Source: Candidatus Dadabacteria bacterium
GTDB lineage: Bacteria; Desulfobacterota_D; UBA1144; Nemesobacterales; CSP1-2
NCBI GenBank assembly: GCA_963805855.1
Contig: CAWDVW010000005.1
Span: 576,001-640,000, forward strand
Direction: 5' to 3'
Length of the DNA stretch: 64,000 nucleotides
Every line of letters begins with the position of its first letter. The first letter of the stretch is position 1. Positions 1 through 10,064 of this stretch are shown piece after piece. The notes under the pieces were generated by a model that was given only the letters and a program-made list of their open reading frames with translations, made no database searches and was not told the origin of the DNA. The position numbers were made by a program, and so were the translations under genes.

Positions 1-147
1 ATAGATTTGCGGAGCCACAACTTACACGTCTGAATATTTCATCAATTTAGTAATATGTATTGTAAACAATCTATCGCAAATTTCACAAGTTTGAAGTAAT
101 AGTGGTTAAGAGTTCACGACTAATTATTGCCCATTGACAAATGATCT

Positions 148-1374
148 ATGGAGACTCTGAAGCGCAAGTCCAACATTTTAAAACTTGATACCAATTACCC
201 CCCTGCTACGCGAGGCCTAATAGTACTATGGGGTTTGATCGCTTCTTTTCCATTTCCAGGAATGGCCTGGCATCGTCTGCATTACCTCGCTGGGCTTCGT
301 AGGCTCGGCTTCGACGTATGGTATGTTGAAGAGACGGATATACCTGTAATGAAATTTGATAACCTCTGGCGAACGCTCGATTACGAACCAAATCTGAAAT
401 ACCTCTCTGATCTAATGGACTTAATCGGTTTAGGAAACCGCTGGATTTTCAAACCCCCCGGACAGTCTGAAATGTATATAGGGGCAAGGAATCTCGATGG
501 TATGAATCAGCTTTATCGAGACGCGGATATCGTCATCAACCACTCCGGAGCACAAACCATCCGCCCTTATCACTCAGTCATCAAGTGCCTTGTATATCTT
601 GAGACTGATCCGGTAGCCAGTCAGATAGACGTCGCCTCTGGAAATAATTCAATCATAAACAAATTAGGCTCTCATCACTACCTGTTTTCCTACGCGACTA
701 ACATCGGAGCCCCCGATTGTAAAATTCCGACGTCTAAGTTCTCATGGATACCCGCGAGGCCACCTGTCTGCGTTGACTGGTGGTACAGAAATAAAAACTT
801 TGGGAAATCGCGACCGCTAACGACGGTGGCAACCTGGAAACACGCAGTAAGAGATAGAAGTTGGAAAGGCGAATCCTGGCACTGGAGTAAGCACGCCGAA
901 TTCCTCAAATTTATTAAGCTTCCGAGAAAATCTAGGATGCCACTCGAACTGGCCATCGGCGGAATAACCAACGATGAACTGGAGCATCTGAAGGATAATG
1001 GCTGGAAAGTCAGGGCTGCTAAAGACCTGTCTAACCTAAGCAAATACAGAACTTATATTCAAAATTCATCCGGAGAGTTCACAATAGCCAAGGAGCAATA
1101 CGTAGCTTCTCGAAGTGGCTGGTTTAGCGATCGCAGCACAACTTACCTCGCATCCGGCAGACCGGTTATAACCCAGGATACAGCGTTCGGGAATTCGATA
1201 CCGACCGGTGAAGGTCTATTTGCGTTTTCCACAGAAGAGGAAGCGCTTGCTGCAATAGATGCCGTAGCTACTGACTATGATAGGCATGCCTCTGCTGCGC
1301 TCGAAATAGCCAGGGAATACTTCGAGGCAGAACAGGTGCTCAAGACTATGCTGAAGCGAGTTGGAATCATGTGA
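148..1374 (+). CDS. Uncharacterised glycosyltransferase-like protein (GT-B fold)
   Basis: 408-aa ORF. C-terminal SRSGWFSDRSTTYLASGRPVITQDT resembles the GT-B nucleotide-sugar binding segment; N-terminal GLRRLGFDVWYVE is also GT-like. Confidence 0.6.
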   Translation: METLKRKSNILKLDTNYPPATRGLIVLWGLIASFPFPGMAWHRLHYLAGLRRLGFDVWYVEETDIPVMKFDNLWRTLDYEPNLKYLSDLMDLIGLGNRWIFKPPGQSEMYIGARNLDGMNQLYRDADIVINHSGAQTIRPYHSVIKCLVYLETDPVASQIDVASGNNSIINKLGSHHYLFSYATNIGAPDCKIPTSKFSWIPARPPVCVDWWYRNKNFGKSRPLTTVATWKHAVRDRSWKGESWHWSKHAEFLKFIKLPRKSRMPLELAIGGITNDELEHLKDNGWKVRAAKDLSNLSKYRTYIQNSSGEFTIAKEQYVASRSGWFSDRSTTYLASGRPVITQDTAFGNSIPTGEGLFAFSTEEEALAAIDAVATDYDRHASAALEIAREYFEAEQVLKTMLKRVGIM

Positions 1375-1379
1375 ATAGA

Positions 1380-1404
1380 TAACCCCTGCAGCAAGCTACA
1401 GCGA
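1380..1404. repeat. Short hairpin repeat resembling IS200/IS605-type ends (AACCC(C)TGCAGCAAG...)
   Basis: TAACCCCTGCAGCAAGCTACAGCG; related sequences at ~6505-6531 and (reverse) ~49010-49025. No transposase nearby. Confidence 0.35.
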
Positions 1405-1552
1405 ATTTGGCAAACATTTCATAAGCATTCGCCACTTACACTTAGTAGGGATATGTAGTCTGATGCACCTGTGATTTAATCGAAATCGAAATACCGGTTG
1501 GATTAAACAAGAAACTATTTGTCAAAATAAAAAGACGGTCCACTTCGCTACG

Positions 1553-2599
1553 TTGAGAACTACATTGGAATCAAGAAACGTTATAAATAAATCGCGATCA
1601 TCTCTAAATAAGGCTCTGAGAAACAAGCCAGATGTCGATGCATCCTTGATTTCCGAACTGCTTTCCCATTCAGATTGGCCCATGGCAGAAGACTCTCTAA
1701 CCTTCATAATTAGCTTAATAGCCAGTCTAAGACCAAAGCATATTCTTGAATTTGGATCCGGTCTCTCCACTTATGTTATGGGAGAGGCGTGCAGATTGCT
1801 TAAGTTGAGATGTAAAATTACTTCGATCGACCATGATCCAGAATTCGGAGCAAATGTGGCAAAGAGATATTTTAATATGCCACAGGTTAGTAAAAGTATT
1901 AACTTCGTCTTTGCATCTCTTGTGGCCCGAAGTTTTGGTGGAAAGTATTTGCCATCCTATTACATTAAGCCAGTACAAGCTCGATCAATAGTACGTGCAG
2001 ATCTGGTTTTAATAGATGGGCCACCTACTTATTTAGGAGGTCGCGAAGGAATATTATATCAAGCAATGGACTTTGCCAGCCCTGGTACCATAGCACTATT
2101 AGATGATGCCAATCGCGATGAGGAAAAACGTATCATTTCGAATTGGCAAGACGCTCTAGGTAACAACATTGAAATAAATCTCCTCACAGGCTTTAAGAAG
2201 GGACTTGCTGCGGTCATAATAAGCGAACCAGTCCAGAAGGACGATCTCTATAGACACAAAATAAAATTAACTGAACTAGATATTTGCGAATTAATAGGGG
2301 AGAATGAACCATTCATAATAGTGGATGACGAGATGTGCGTGAGGGAGAACATAACCTCCCAACGAAAGGTTGTAAATTTCACGGAAAAGAATGGTAAGTA
2401 CTGGAAACCTTCAGATGTCGAAGAGGCAATCCAAACGCTTGAAACTTTGCGCAAACTTGGCGCAAAGTACATTGTGTTTGTTTGGCCGTCTTTCTGGTGG
2501 TTTAAGTATTACAACGGTATCCACACATATCTGAAATCTAACTTCCCGCGCATTATAGAAAATAATAGATTAGTAATCTTTTCCCTGCAGCAGGCTTAG
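1553..2599 (+). CDS. Class I SAM-dependent methyltransferase with C-terminal extension
   Basis: Motif I ILEFGSGLST, SIDHD, DLVLIDGP and LLDDANR. Start (TTG) uncertain. Confidence 0.75.
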   Translation: MRTTLESRNVINKSRSSLNKALRNKPDVDASLISELLSHSDWPMAEDSLTFIISLIASLRPKHILEFGSGLSTYVMGEACRLLKLRCKITSIDHDPEFGANVAKRYFNMPQVSKSINFVFASLVARSFGGKYLPSYYIKPVQARSIVRADLVLIDGPPTYLGGREGILYQAMDFASPGTIALLDDANRDEEKRIISNWQDALGNNIEINLLTGFKKGLAAVIISEPVQKDDLYRHKIKLTELDICELIGENEPFIIVDDEMCVRENITSQRKVVNFTEKNGKYWKPSDVEEAIQTLETLRKLGAKYIVFVWPSFWWFKYYNGIHTYLKSNFPRIIENNRLVIFSLQQA

Positions 2600-2679
2600 C
2601 ACCTCAATTTTTCCGGCGGCATGTGAACTTCATTCAGGCTCTTTTTAGGTTGTACTACTTTAGTTAAGTTACACATAAT

Positions 2680-2900
2680 ATGTTAGAATACGGGTCAAGC
2701 TTTTAACAAACAGGTCCTCTAACCATCACAAGATACCGGCGATCGTAGACTTTTCATTGCGTGAATTTTTAGTTGCTCCTATCATTGATCAAACTGCATC
2801 ACAAGAAAATGGTCCTAATGTATGGGAAAAGCAAATCCTTGAAGTGAAATCCTGTATCGCATCCCATATTCCGCCAGATAGACCTTTCATTTTAGAGTAA
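2680..2900 (+). pseudogene. Remnant resembling the C-terminal domain of the upstream methyltransferase
   Basis: The frame ending at TAA 2898-2900 reads VWEKQILEVKSCIASHIPPDRPFILE, similar to LYRHKIKLTELDICELIGENEPFIIV of 1553..2599. Confidence 0.35.
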
Positions 2901-3018
2901 AAATTGGGGTCGTTGCTTGACTTTGTACAAATAATTCAAATAGCATACCTGAATAAATCCGTGGCTGGAGAATTGAGATTAGATTCAGAATCTCAAAATT
3001 GCGGCAAAAGACTTTGGT

Positions 3019-3140
3019 ACTGGATTCCCGCGAGCGGCTATCTCTACACCATCCTCGGATAGGCTGGGTTTTCTAACTCCGCATGGGGACATGCGGGGAC
3101 AGGCTCTGGATTTCCGCTAACAATCCGCGGGAATGACAGG
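3019..3140. repeat. GTC-tagged palindromic repeat cluster
   Basis: TGGATTTCCGCTAACAATCCGCGGGAATGAC plus a CCGCATG...CATGCGGGGACAGGC hairpin. Confidence 0.75.
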
Positions 3141-3315
3141 GGCCTAAGATGACAGCAACAAGCATGTGATTATACCGGAGAGTTTGAATCTACCTCATTC
3201 GGTATGCACGGCGTAGACTTCTTGAATATTCCCGATATAACATTAAAATTCATGGCGCAAACAAGAAATTTTCAATTTAAAAGTCGTTTTTTGGAATCTT
3301 AGATCATCAAAGCTT

Positions 3316-3552
3316 ATGCGATCGTTAATACAAAGATCCTGGATATGGTGGAAGAGAATTGCAAGAATTATCGGGGATTTCAATGCACGCGTTATCCTGA
3401 CTTTGTTTTATTTTATTTTTCTTGCACCCTTTGCCCTCGCAATGCGTTTCCTCGCCGACCCTCTCGCTATTAATAATAAATCTACACCTTCGTGGGGAAT
3501 AAAACCTGAAGCTAAAGAAACACTGATGGAACAGGCAAGAAAACAGTCATGA
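3316..3552 (+). CDS. Small SxtJ-like membrane protein associated with carbamoyltransferases
   Basis: IGDFNARVILTLFYFIFLAPFALAMRFLADPL; lies directly upstream of the carbamoyltransferase. Confidence 0.65.
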   Translation: MRSLIQRSWIWWKRIARIIGDFNARVILTLFYFIFLAPFALAMRFLADPLAINNKSTPSWGIKPEAKETLMEQARKQS

Positions 3553-3638
3553 TCCATGATCCACGATGCAAGATGCATGATAAACTTCAATTTGTGGAAA
3601 TTCGTGTTCATTCGTGGCTAAAAAGGAAAAAGTAACCG

Positions 3639-5423
3639 ATGGACATATTAGGGATATCTTGTTATTTTCATGACGCTGCAGCAGCTCTAATAAGAGATGG
3701 TGATCTAATTGCTGCTGCAGAGGAAGAGCGTTTTACCCGTAAAAAGCATGACTATGAATTCCCTCAGAATGCCATAGATTTCTGCTTGAGAACCGGAAAC
3801 ATAAGGTCACAAGATTTGGATTATGTCGTATTTTTTGAAAAGCCATTCATAAAATTCGAACGCCTTCTCTTATGTTCTATGCAGACCTTCCCGAGCTCTT
3901 TAAAGTTATTCAGGGAAGCTATGATTACATGGCTTGGTGATAAGCTCTGGATAAGACACCTGATCCAGAAGAGACTGAAACTGCCAGCCTCTAAAATCCT
4001 TTTCAGCGAGCACCACCTTTCTCATTCGGCCAGTGCATTTTTCTGCTCTCCCTTTGATGAATCGGCTATTTTAACGGTAGATGGTGTAGGAGAATGGACA
4101 ACTGCAACAATCGGGATTGGAAAGGGAATAAACATTAAGATTTTAAAGGAAATCCGCTTTCCGCATTCATTAGGTCTTCTCTACAGCGCCTTTACCGCTT
4201 ATCTCGGTTTTGAAGTAAATGAGGGTGAATACAAGGTAATGGGGATGGCTCCCTTTGGTGAACCGAAATACGTTGATAAGGTCAACAAGCTGATCCGACT
4301 TTCAGGCGACGGAAGCTTTGAGCTGAATATGGAATATTTCTCATTCCATCAGTCTTCAGAAAGAACATACAACAGAAAATTTGAAAACCTTTTTGGACCT
4401 TCCAGAAAACCTGATTCTTACTTTTTCACATCCGCAAGCGGTTATCCTTCGTACTTCGGAGAAAAACCCTCAAACTATGATGAGCTGTGCAGAGAAAACC
4501 AATTCTATGCAGACATTGCCGCCAGCATCCAGGCGGCGACAGAAGAGGTCTTGTTGACGATGGCCAATCAGGCATATCAAGAAACAGGCCTTAAGAATCT
4601 CTGCATGGCCGGTGGCGTTGCTCTGAATAGCGTTGCAAATGGAAAAATACTCAAGCAAACACCTTTTGAGCAAATATATATTCAACCCTCGGCAGGAGAT
4701 GGAGGTGGTGCCCTGGGAGCAGCCCTTTTTGCATATCACATGGTCCTTGCAAAGCCCCGCAAGTTTGTAATGGAACATGCCTATTGGGGTGAAAAACATG
4801 GAAATGGTGAGATAGATAGCTTCTTGAAAGAAAATGCCATCCCCCATGAAAGGATAGAGAACGAAGAAAGATTAATAGAGAGGGTTGCAGATCAACTTAG
4901 CGGAGGGAAAGTAGTAGGATGGTATCAGGGCAGATTTGAGTGGGGTCCCCGTGCCCTGGGAAACAGAAGCATCCTGGCAGACCCAAGAAGGACCGATATG
5001 AAAGATATCGTAAATACAAAGATCAAGTTTCGCGAGCCATTCCGTCCGTTTGCCCCATCTGTTCTTGTGGAAGAAACGGGAAATTATTTCTCGTTACCGG
5101 ATGCGTCTAATCATTACCCTGCCAGATTTATGCTCTATGTTGTGGATGTCAATAAAGACAAACATGATGTCATTCCAGCCATTACTCACGTAGACGGCAC
5201 GGGACGGCTCCAAACGGTTCAAAAAGAAATCAATCCCAGATATTACAAACTAATAGAGACGTTCGGACAAGCCACAGGTGTTCCAGTGGTTCTCAACACC
5301 TCTTTTAACCTCAAGGGTGAGCCGATTGTAAACACACCGCAGGAAGCCTTCAGCTCATTCCAAAGGAGTGGGATGGATGTTTTGGTGCTTGGAGATTATG
5401 TGGTGGAGAAAGAGGGGCGATGA
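3639..5423 (+). CDS. Carbamoyltransferase (NodU/CmcH/TobZ family)
   Basis: HDAAAA, EEERFTRKKH, EHHLSH, DGVGE, GEYKVMGMA, GPRALGNRSI, KFREPFRPFAP, LNTSFN. Confidence 0.95.
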   Translation: MDILGISCYFHDAAAALIRDGDLIAAAEEERFTRKKHDYEFPQNAIDFCLRTGNIRSQDLDYVVFFEKPFIKFERLLLCSMQTFPSSLKLFREAMITWLGDKLWIRHLIQKRLKLPASKILFSEHHLSHSASAFFCSPFDESAILTVDGVGEWTTATIGIGKGINIKILKEIRFPHSLGLLYSAFTAYLGFEVNEGEYKVMGMAPFGEPKYVDKVNKLIRLSGDGSFELNMEYFSFHQSSERTYNRKFENLFGPSRKPDSYFFTSASGYPSYFGEKPSNYDELCRENQFYADIAASIQAATEEVLLTMANQAYQETGLKNLCMAGGVALNSVANGKILKQTPFEQIYIQPSAGDGGGALGAALFAYHMVLAKPRKFVMEHAYWGEKHGNGEIDSFLKENAIPHERIENEERLIERVADQLSGGKVVGWYQGRFEWGPRALGNRSILADPRRTDMKDIVNTKIKFREPFRPFAPSVLVEETGNYFSLPDASNHYPARFMLYVVDVNKDKHDVIPAITHVDGTGRLQTVQKEINPRYYKLIETFGQATGVPVVLNTSFNLKGEPIVNTPQEAFSSFQRSGMDVLVLGDYVVEKEGR

Positions 5424-5467
5424 CCGGTCTTCCGTCCTCACCAAAACCAAGGTATCATATCAACCCC

Positions 5468-5647
5468 ATGAGCTTCCTAGATGGCATAACAAACAGAATG
5501 GGAATTGCCGGCGAGCTTTTGAAATTCTTCTTACAGAACAAATGGTGGTGGATCACCCCCATGATCATCGTATTACTTATATTTGGGCTTCTTATCATAT
5601 TCGCCCAGAGCTCAGCCATAGCACCATTTATTTATACGCTGTTTTAA
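5468..5647 (+). CDS. Small membrane protein, DUF5989/SxtK-like
   Basis: ELLKFFLQNKWWWITP...SSAIAPFIYTLF. Start at 5468 preferred; 5420 is the alternative. Confidence 0.8.
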   Translation: MSFLDGITNRMGIAGELLKFFLQNKWWWITPMIIVLLIFGLLIIFAQSSAIAPFIYTLF

Positions 5648-5736
5648 CAAATCATATTTGGTTTAACGCATTTTAGGTTCCTATGATTGGATAAACTTGA
5701 CCCATGTCCGTTCCCTGAACCAATATAAACTGGCAA

Positions 5737-6462
5737 ATGGAAAAAGATGTAGTTCAAGATCAGATCGAACTCATTAAGCTTGAAGAAAAGTATGAAGAAT
5801 TACTCTTAGAGGATCCATCCTCTCCAAAATTCGTATTTCTTGCCGAGATCCTAAGAAAAAGGGGCGACCTGCACAGGGCAACCGAAATCCTTATAAAGGG
5901 ATTGAGAAGTAATCCTGACAGCATTACCGCAAGGTCAATTCTGGGGAAAATCTACTACGATAGATGGATGATAGATCAGGCAAAAAATGAGATGGAAAAG
6001 GTAATCAGGGTTGCTCCGGATAACATTGATGCCGCTAAAATGCTAATCCAAATATATAGGAGCGAGGAAAACTATAATAAGGCTCTGGAAACCTGCTATT
6101 CTTCACTCGTTTTCAATCCCGAAGACTATGATTTGACGAAAGAGTTGAAGGTACTTCAGAAAGAGGCCCCTCATGATGTAACAAGGACCACGGCAAATGA
6201 AACCGGCCAAATAGCAAATGATATCCTTGAATTTGACGCGAGACCCGAAGAAGAACCTCCTTCCGATTCAGTCATTGAGGAATTGTACACAGATTCCATG
6301 GCAAATCTGTACATTGATCAGGGATTATATGAAAAAGCAATAGTTGTACTCGAAAAACTTCTAGCAAGAGAGCCCGAAAATAACTCGGTCCGCAGTAAAT
6401 TGGATGTAGCGAGATCGTTTCTCCTGAGCGAGCATTCCGGTTTTAAAATAAGGACAAAATAA
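5737..6462 (+). CDS. Tetratricopeptide repeat protein
   Basis: Repeated TPR-like helices; C-terminal TDSMANLYIDQGLYEKA. Confidence 0.8.
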   Translation: MEKDVVQDQIELIKLEEKYEELLLEDPSSPKFVFLAEILRKRGDLHRATEILIKGLRSNPDSITARSILGKIYYDRWMIDQAKNEMEKVIRVAPDNIDAAKMLIQIYRSEENYNKALETCYSSLVFNPEDYDLTKELKVLQKEAPHDVTRTTANETGQIANDILEFDARPEEEPPSDSVIEELYTDSMANLYIDQGLYEKAIVVLEKLLAREPENNSVRSKLDVARSFLLSEHSGFKIRTK

Positions 6463-6602
6463 AGCCACAAACCTGTCCTGGCTGGAGCTGCAGATCAAAA
6501 TGAATAACCCTGCAGCGCACTGCTGGGCATCAGAACATAGTCAGACAAGCCTGTCCGTCATTGCTGTGGATGTTAGATGTCCCGCTAGGTCTCTATCCCT
6601 TG

Positions 6603-6760
6603 TGTTTTATCCATGCGGGGTTAGAAAACCCCGCCTATCCTTTCTGTGATTCCCGCAGATTGTTAGCGGTAATCCACCGCCTCGTGTCATTCCCAAATGC
6701 CGTTATTGGGAATCCATGTCTTTATTTCTGGATCCCCGACCACTGATTTCGGGGATGACA
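6603..6760. repeat. Composite palindromic repeat (GATAG-tagged hairpin plus GTC-tagged hairpins)
   Basis: GCGGGGTTAGAAAACCCCGCCTATC, GTCATTCCCAAATGCCGTTATTGGGAATCCA, TGGATCCCCG...CGGGGATGAC. Reverse-complement homolog at ~27855-27970. Confidence 0.85.
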
Positions 6761-6886
6761 GCTTAGGACAAAGCAAATCATCAATCCAAAATAAGTTTTT
6801 TCCTCAAAAGTGTTTGAATATATCGGTTCATTCAATTAGAGTATAAACATACTCGATTACAGATGCCCATCGAAGGACGAGGATGA

Positions 6887-7324
6887 ATGATGAAAATTCT
6901 AGTTATTCATGGACCTAATCTTAATCTTCTCGGAAAGCGCGAGCCGGAGATCTATGGATCGACTACGATTGATGAGATCAATACGCTGTTGAACAAAGAG
7001 GCGCAAAGGCTGGGGACTGAGATTGAATTTTCACAGTCAAACTCCGAAGGTGAGATTGTTGATAGAATACAAAGTGCTATGGGGAACATTGACGGAATCG
7101 TAATAAACCCTGCTGCATATACCCATACAAGTGTCGCAATCAGGGATGCCATCGCTTCAACTGGAATACCAACCATAGAGGTGCACATCTCAAACATATA
7201 CAAGCGAGAGGATTTCAGAAAGTTATCTTATGTTTCAGGAGTTGCGGTCGGAGTTATATCGGGACTGGGTGTGAATAGCTACCTGCTCGCGCTTAGAGGA
7301 CTGGTAATCCACTTAAAGATATAA
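6887..7324 (+). CDS. aroQ: Type II 3-dehydroquinate dehydratase
   Basis: [38 protein letters not shown]. Confidence 0.97.
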   Translation: MMKILVIHGPNLNLLGKREPEIYGSTTIDEINTLLNKEAQRLGTEIEFSQSNSEGEIVDRIQSAMGNIDGIVINPAAYTHTSVAIRDAIASTGIPTIEVHISNIYKREDFRKLSYVSGVAVGVISGLGVNSYLLALRGLVIHLKI

Positions 7325-7325
7325 T

Positions 7326-7398
7326 AGACGCAGGATGCACGATACAGGATCCAGGATGCAAGATAAAACATGAATCATGGATCATGCATCTTGTATCA
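7326..7398. repeat. Inverted heptamer tandem repeats (GATRCAG-like)
   Basis: GATGCAC GATACAG GATCCAG GATGCAA followed by CATGAAT CATGGAT CATGCAT CTTGTAT. Similar tracts at ~3548-3582 and ~18165-18235. Confidence 0.7.
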
Positions 7399-7407
7399 TT
7401 CATTGTA

Positions 7408-9102
7408 ATGAAAAAGAACTGGGAATTAGTAAAACAAAATCCTAGGCTGGTCGAAAAGCTTGCCAAATCTCTAGGAATAAATCCCTTGACAGCACGGGTA
7501 TTGATAAACAGGGGCATAAGAAACGAGGTCGAGGGAGAGCAATTCTTAAACAGTAGTCTTTTTGACCTTCCATCTCCATATCTCCTTAAGGATATGGATA
7601 AAGCAGTAGACAGGATTAGGGATGCTATCGAGCGAGTTGAAAAAATAGCAATTTATGGAGACTACGATGTCGATGGTATTACGTCTACGGCAATACTATA
7701 TTTATTTTTAAAGAACATAGGGGCAAACGTCATCTATTACAATCCGGATAGATTGAAAGAGGGTTATGGCGTAAATATCGACGCGATACAAAAACTTAAG
7801 AATGATGGCGTTTCTTTAATTATCTCCGGCGACTGCGGCATAACCGCACAAGATGAAGTGGTTAAAGCTAAGAGCCTGGGAATTGATTTTATAATCACGG
7901 ATCACCACGAGCCGTCTGACGTTCTGCCAGAAGCGGCTGCCGTACTGAATCCTCATCAAGAAGGATGTATTTATCCAGGAAAGGAAATTGCAGGAGTTGG
8001 TGTAGTCTTTAACCTGGTTATCGCCCTGAGGAGATTGCTCAGAGATTCAGGCTTTTTTGAAGGCGGTGAGCCAAATCTAGGGGAATATCTCGACCTCGTA
8101 GCGCTCGGTACTGTTTCAGACTGCGCTTCACTCAGAAACGTTAATCGTATATTCGTGAAAGAAGGGATAAAGAGGTTATCAAACGCTAAACGTCTGGGCA
8201 TAATAGCGCTCAAAGAAGTCAGTGGTACTAAAGGCAAAGTGAATACCTATGATATTGGGTTCAAGCTGGGACCAAGAATAAACGCTTCCGGAAGGCTAAG
8301 CAGCGCTAGTTTAGCTGTAGAACTCTTCGTTTCAAATGATATCAAAAAAGCAAGAGAACTCGCTTCGATCCTAAACGATGAAAACTCAAAAAGGCAAACT
8401 ATCGAGGGCGACATTATTAGAGATATAATCAATCAGATAAAAACAAACCCTGGTGTTCTCAGCACGAATTCCTTGGTGCTTGCCTCTCCCGATTGGCATC
8501 AGGGTGTTATAGGAATTGTTGCGTCAAAATTAGTCGAAATATATCAGAAACCGACCGTTATCATATCGATTCAGGAAGAGGGAATTGGCAAGGGCTCTGC
8601 CAGAAGTGTAGAAGGTGTAAATATCTATGAGGCCTTATCCAAATGCAACGACTTATTTGAACAATTTGGTGGCCACGAACTGGCTGCCGGATTAAACATT
8701 AGGGTAGAGAAAATAGACGAATTCAGAAATCGATTTGGAACAGCGGTCAACGACGCGGTTGTAGATTACACCTCAAAGATTCGAATCGATGGCGCTCTTA
8801 GCTTATCCGATCTTACTGACTCATTAGTAAACGAGCTAGGCCTTTTATCGCCGTTTGGAATTGGAAACCCTGAGCCGATATTCATAGCAAAGTCCGTAGG
8901 TGTAACGTCCCAAAGATTATTAAAAGACAAGCACCTCAGTCTCAAACTGAATGACAATAATCATAGTTGTGATGCAATTTGGTTTAACCCCAAAGAACAA
9001 CAAACAGTACCTAATAAAATAGACGTTGTTTTCACCCCGGAATTTAATGAGTGGAATGGCAAGAAATCCATTCAGCTTAAAGTGAAGGATATCGGTTGGT
9101 AA
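7408..9102 (+). CDS. recJ: Single-stranded DNA exonuclease RecJ
   Basis: YGDYDVDG, ITDHH, GPRINASGRL, GSARS, FGGHELAAG, PFGIGNPEP. Start placed at MKKNW because the upstream in-frame codons come from the heptamer repeat. Confidence 0.96.
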   Translation: MKKNWELVKQNPRLVEKLAKSLGINPLTARVLINRGIRNEVEGEQFLNSSLFDLPSPYLLKDMDKAVDRIRDAIERVEKIAIYGDYDVDGITSTAILYLFLKNIGANVIYYNPDRLKEGYGVNIDAIQKLKNDGVSLIISGDCGITAQDEVVKAKSLGIDFIITDHHEPSDVLPEAAAVLNPHQEGCIYPGKEIAGVGVVFNLVIALRRLLRDSGFFEGGEPNLGEYLDLVALGTVSDCASLRNVNRIFVKEGIKRLSNAKRLGIIALKEVSGTKGKVNTYDIGFKLGPRINASGRLSSASLAVELFVSNDIKKARELASILNDENSKRQTIEGDIIRDIINQIKTNPGVLSTNSLVLASPDWHQGVIGIVASKLVEIYQKPTVIISIQEEGIGKGSARSVEGVNIYEALSKCNDLFEQFGGHELAAGLNIRVEKIDEFRNRFGTAVNDAVVDYTSKIRIDGALSLSDLTDSLVNELGLLSPFGIGNPEPIFIAKSVGVTSQRLLKDKHLSLKLNDNNHSCDAIWFNPKEQQTVPNKIDVVFTPEFNEWNGKKSIQLKVKDIGW

Positions 9103-9152
9103 AAAAAGAGAGGTCAATGACCCTTCAAAAGCTGCACGGCATGGGCACGATT

Positions 9153-9182
9153 GATAGGTGTGGTTTTCCAACCCCGCATGGA
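9153..9182. repeat. GATAG-tagged REP-like hairpin
   Basis: GATAGGTGTGGTTTTCCAACCCCGCATGG, a variant of GATAGGCGGGGTTTTCCAACCCCGC. Confidence 0.75.
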
Positions 9183-9278
9183 CAAAATTCCCGCCAACCT
9201 TCAAAAGCTTTTATGTTTGCAGACTACTTTAAAGAAGGTAAATTTAACACACTTAAATAAACCAAGGATAGTTTTAAG

Positions 9279-10046
9279 ATGCACCCCACACTTTTTACGG
9301 TAGGCACCTATTCGGTCTCTTCATTCACAGTCATGGTGGTTATCGCTTTTATAGTTGGTTATGTGGTCACTCTGCACGAGTTCAGAAGGAAGGGAATAGA
9401 TGAAGGACTTTTGGATCTACTTGCTGGCACCTCGGTAATTCTAGGATTCTTGGGTGCAAAATTATTATTTCTTTATCAGAACGCAACCTTTTCGGAATTT
9501 ATTGCTCACCCCATCCAATACCTTGCTTCCGGGCTGACATGGTGGGGTACATTAGTACCATGTATCTTTCTTTGGGCCCTGGTAGCCAGATGGAAAAAGG
9601 TAAATTTCTGGCTAATTGGTGATGCTGCAGCCCCCGGTCTGGTTCTTGCATACGGTATCGGTAGAATTGGCTGTCTGTTAGTTGGCGACGATTACGGCGT
9701 GCCAACTAACTTACCCTGGGCACTCTCTTTTCCAAACGGCGCGCCTCCGACATTGGAAATGGTCCACCCCACTCAAATCTATGAGTCTTTATCGATGATT
9801 ATTGTATTCCTTTTCTTATGGACTGTGCGCAAAAAGGACTTACCGGTAGGTTGGATCTCCTATATAACGCTCATAATACTCGGCGTCGAAAGATTTCTAG
9901 TAGAATTTATCAGAAATACCACACCAAGCTCTATACCGGGTATCACTCAAGCGCAGATCATTTCGATTGGATTTATCGTTGTCGGTGTTTATAAATTTAT
10001 ACAACTAAAATCCCGATTGAGAAAATCAGTGGAAGCTAGGGGATAA
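9279..10046 (+). CDS. lgt: Prolipoprotein diacylglyceryl transferase
   Basis: GIGRIGCLLVGDDYG, HPTQIYE, RFLVEFIR; multiple TM helices. Confidence 0.92.
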   Translation: MHPTLFTVGTYSVSSFTVMVVIAFIVGYVVTLHEFRRKGIDEGLLDLLAGTSVILGFLGAKLLFLYQNATFSEFIAHPIQYLASGLTWWGTLVPCIFLWALVARWKKVNFWLIGDAAAPGLVLAYGIGRIGCLLVGDDYGVPTNLPWALSFPNGAPPTLEMVHPTQIYESLSMIIVFLFLWTVRKKDLPVGWISYITLIILGVERFLVEFIRNTTPSSIPGITQAQIISIGFIVVGVYKFIQLKSRLRKSVEARG

Positions 10047-10064
10047 AGAGGTAAATTTTTAATC

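Noticed and set aside
1380-1404. Intact IS200/IS605 element
   Set aside because: Only an end-like hairpin; no tnpA or tnpB ORF in the window.
3316-5647. Saxitoxin biosynthesis cluster
   Set aside because: No sxtA-like PKS or other core sxt genes; the amidinotransferase-fold gene is 36 kb away and has an altered active site.
6561-6746. Short ORFs over repeat clusters (also 26744-26974, 27717-28117, 43807-44037, 44205-44405, 46077-46268, 48735-48944)
   Set aside because: They are translations of palindromic repeats (recurring AGLENPAY, SFPNAVIGNP, HSRGLLAGIQ) with no independent coding evidence.
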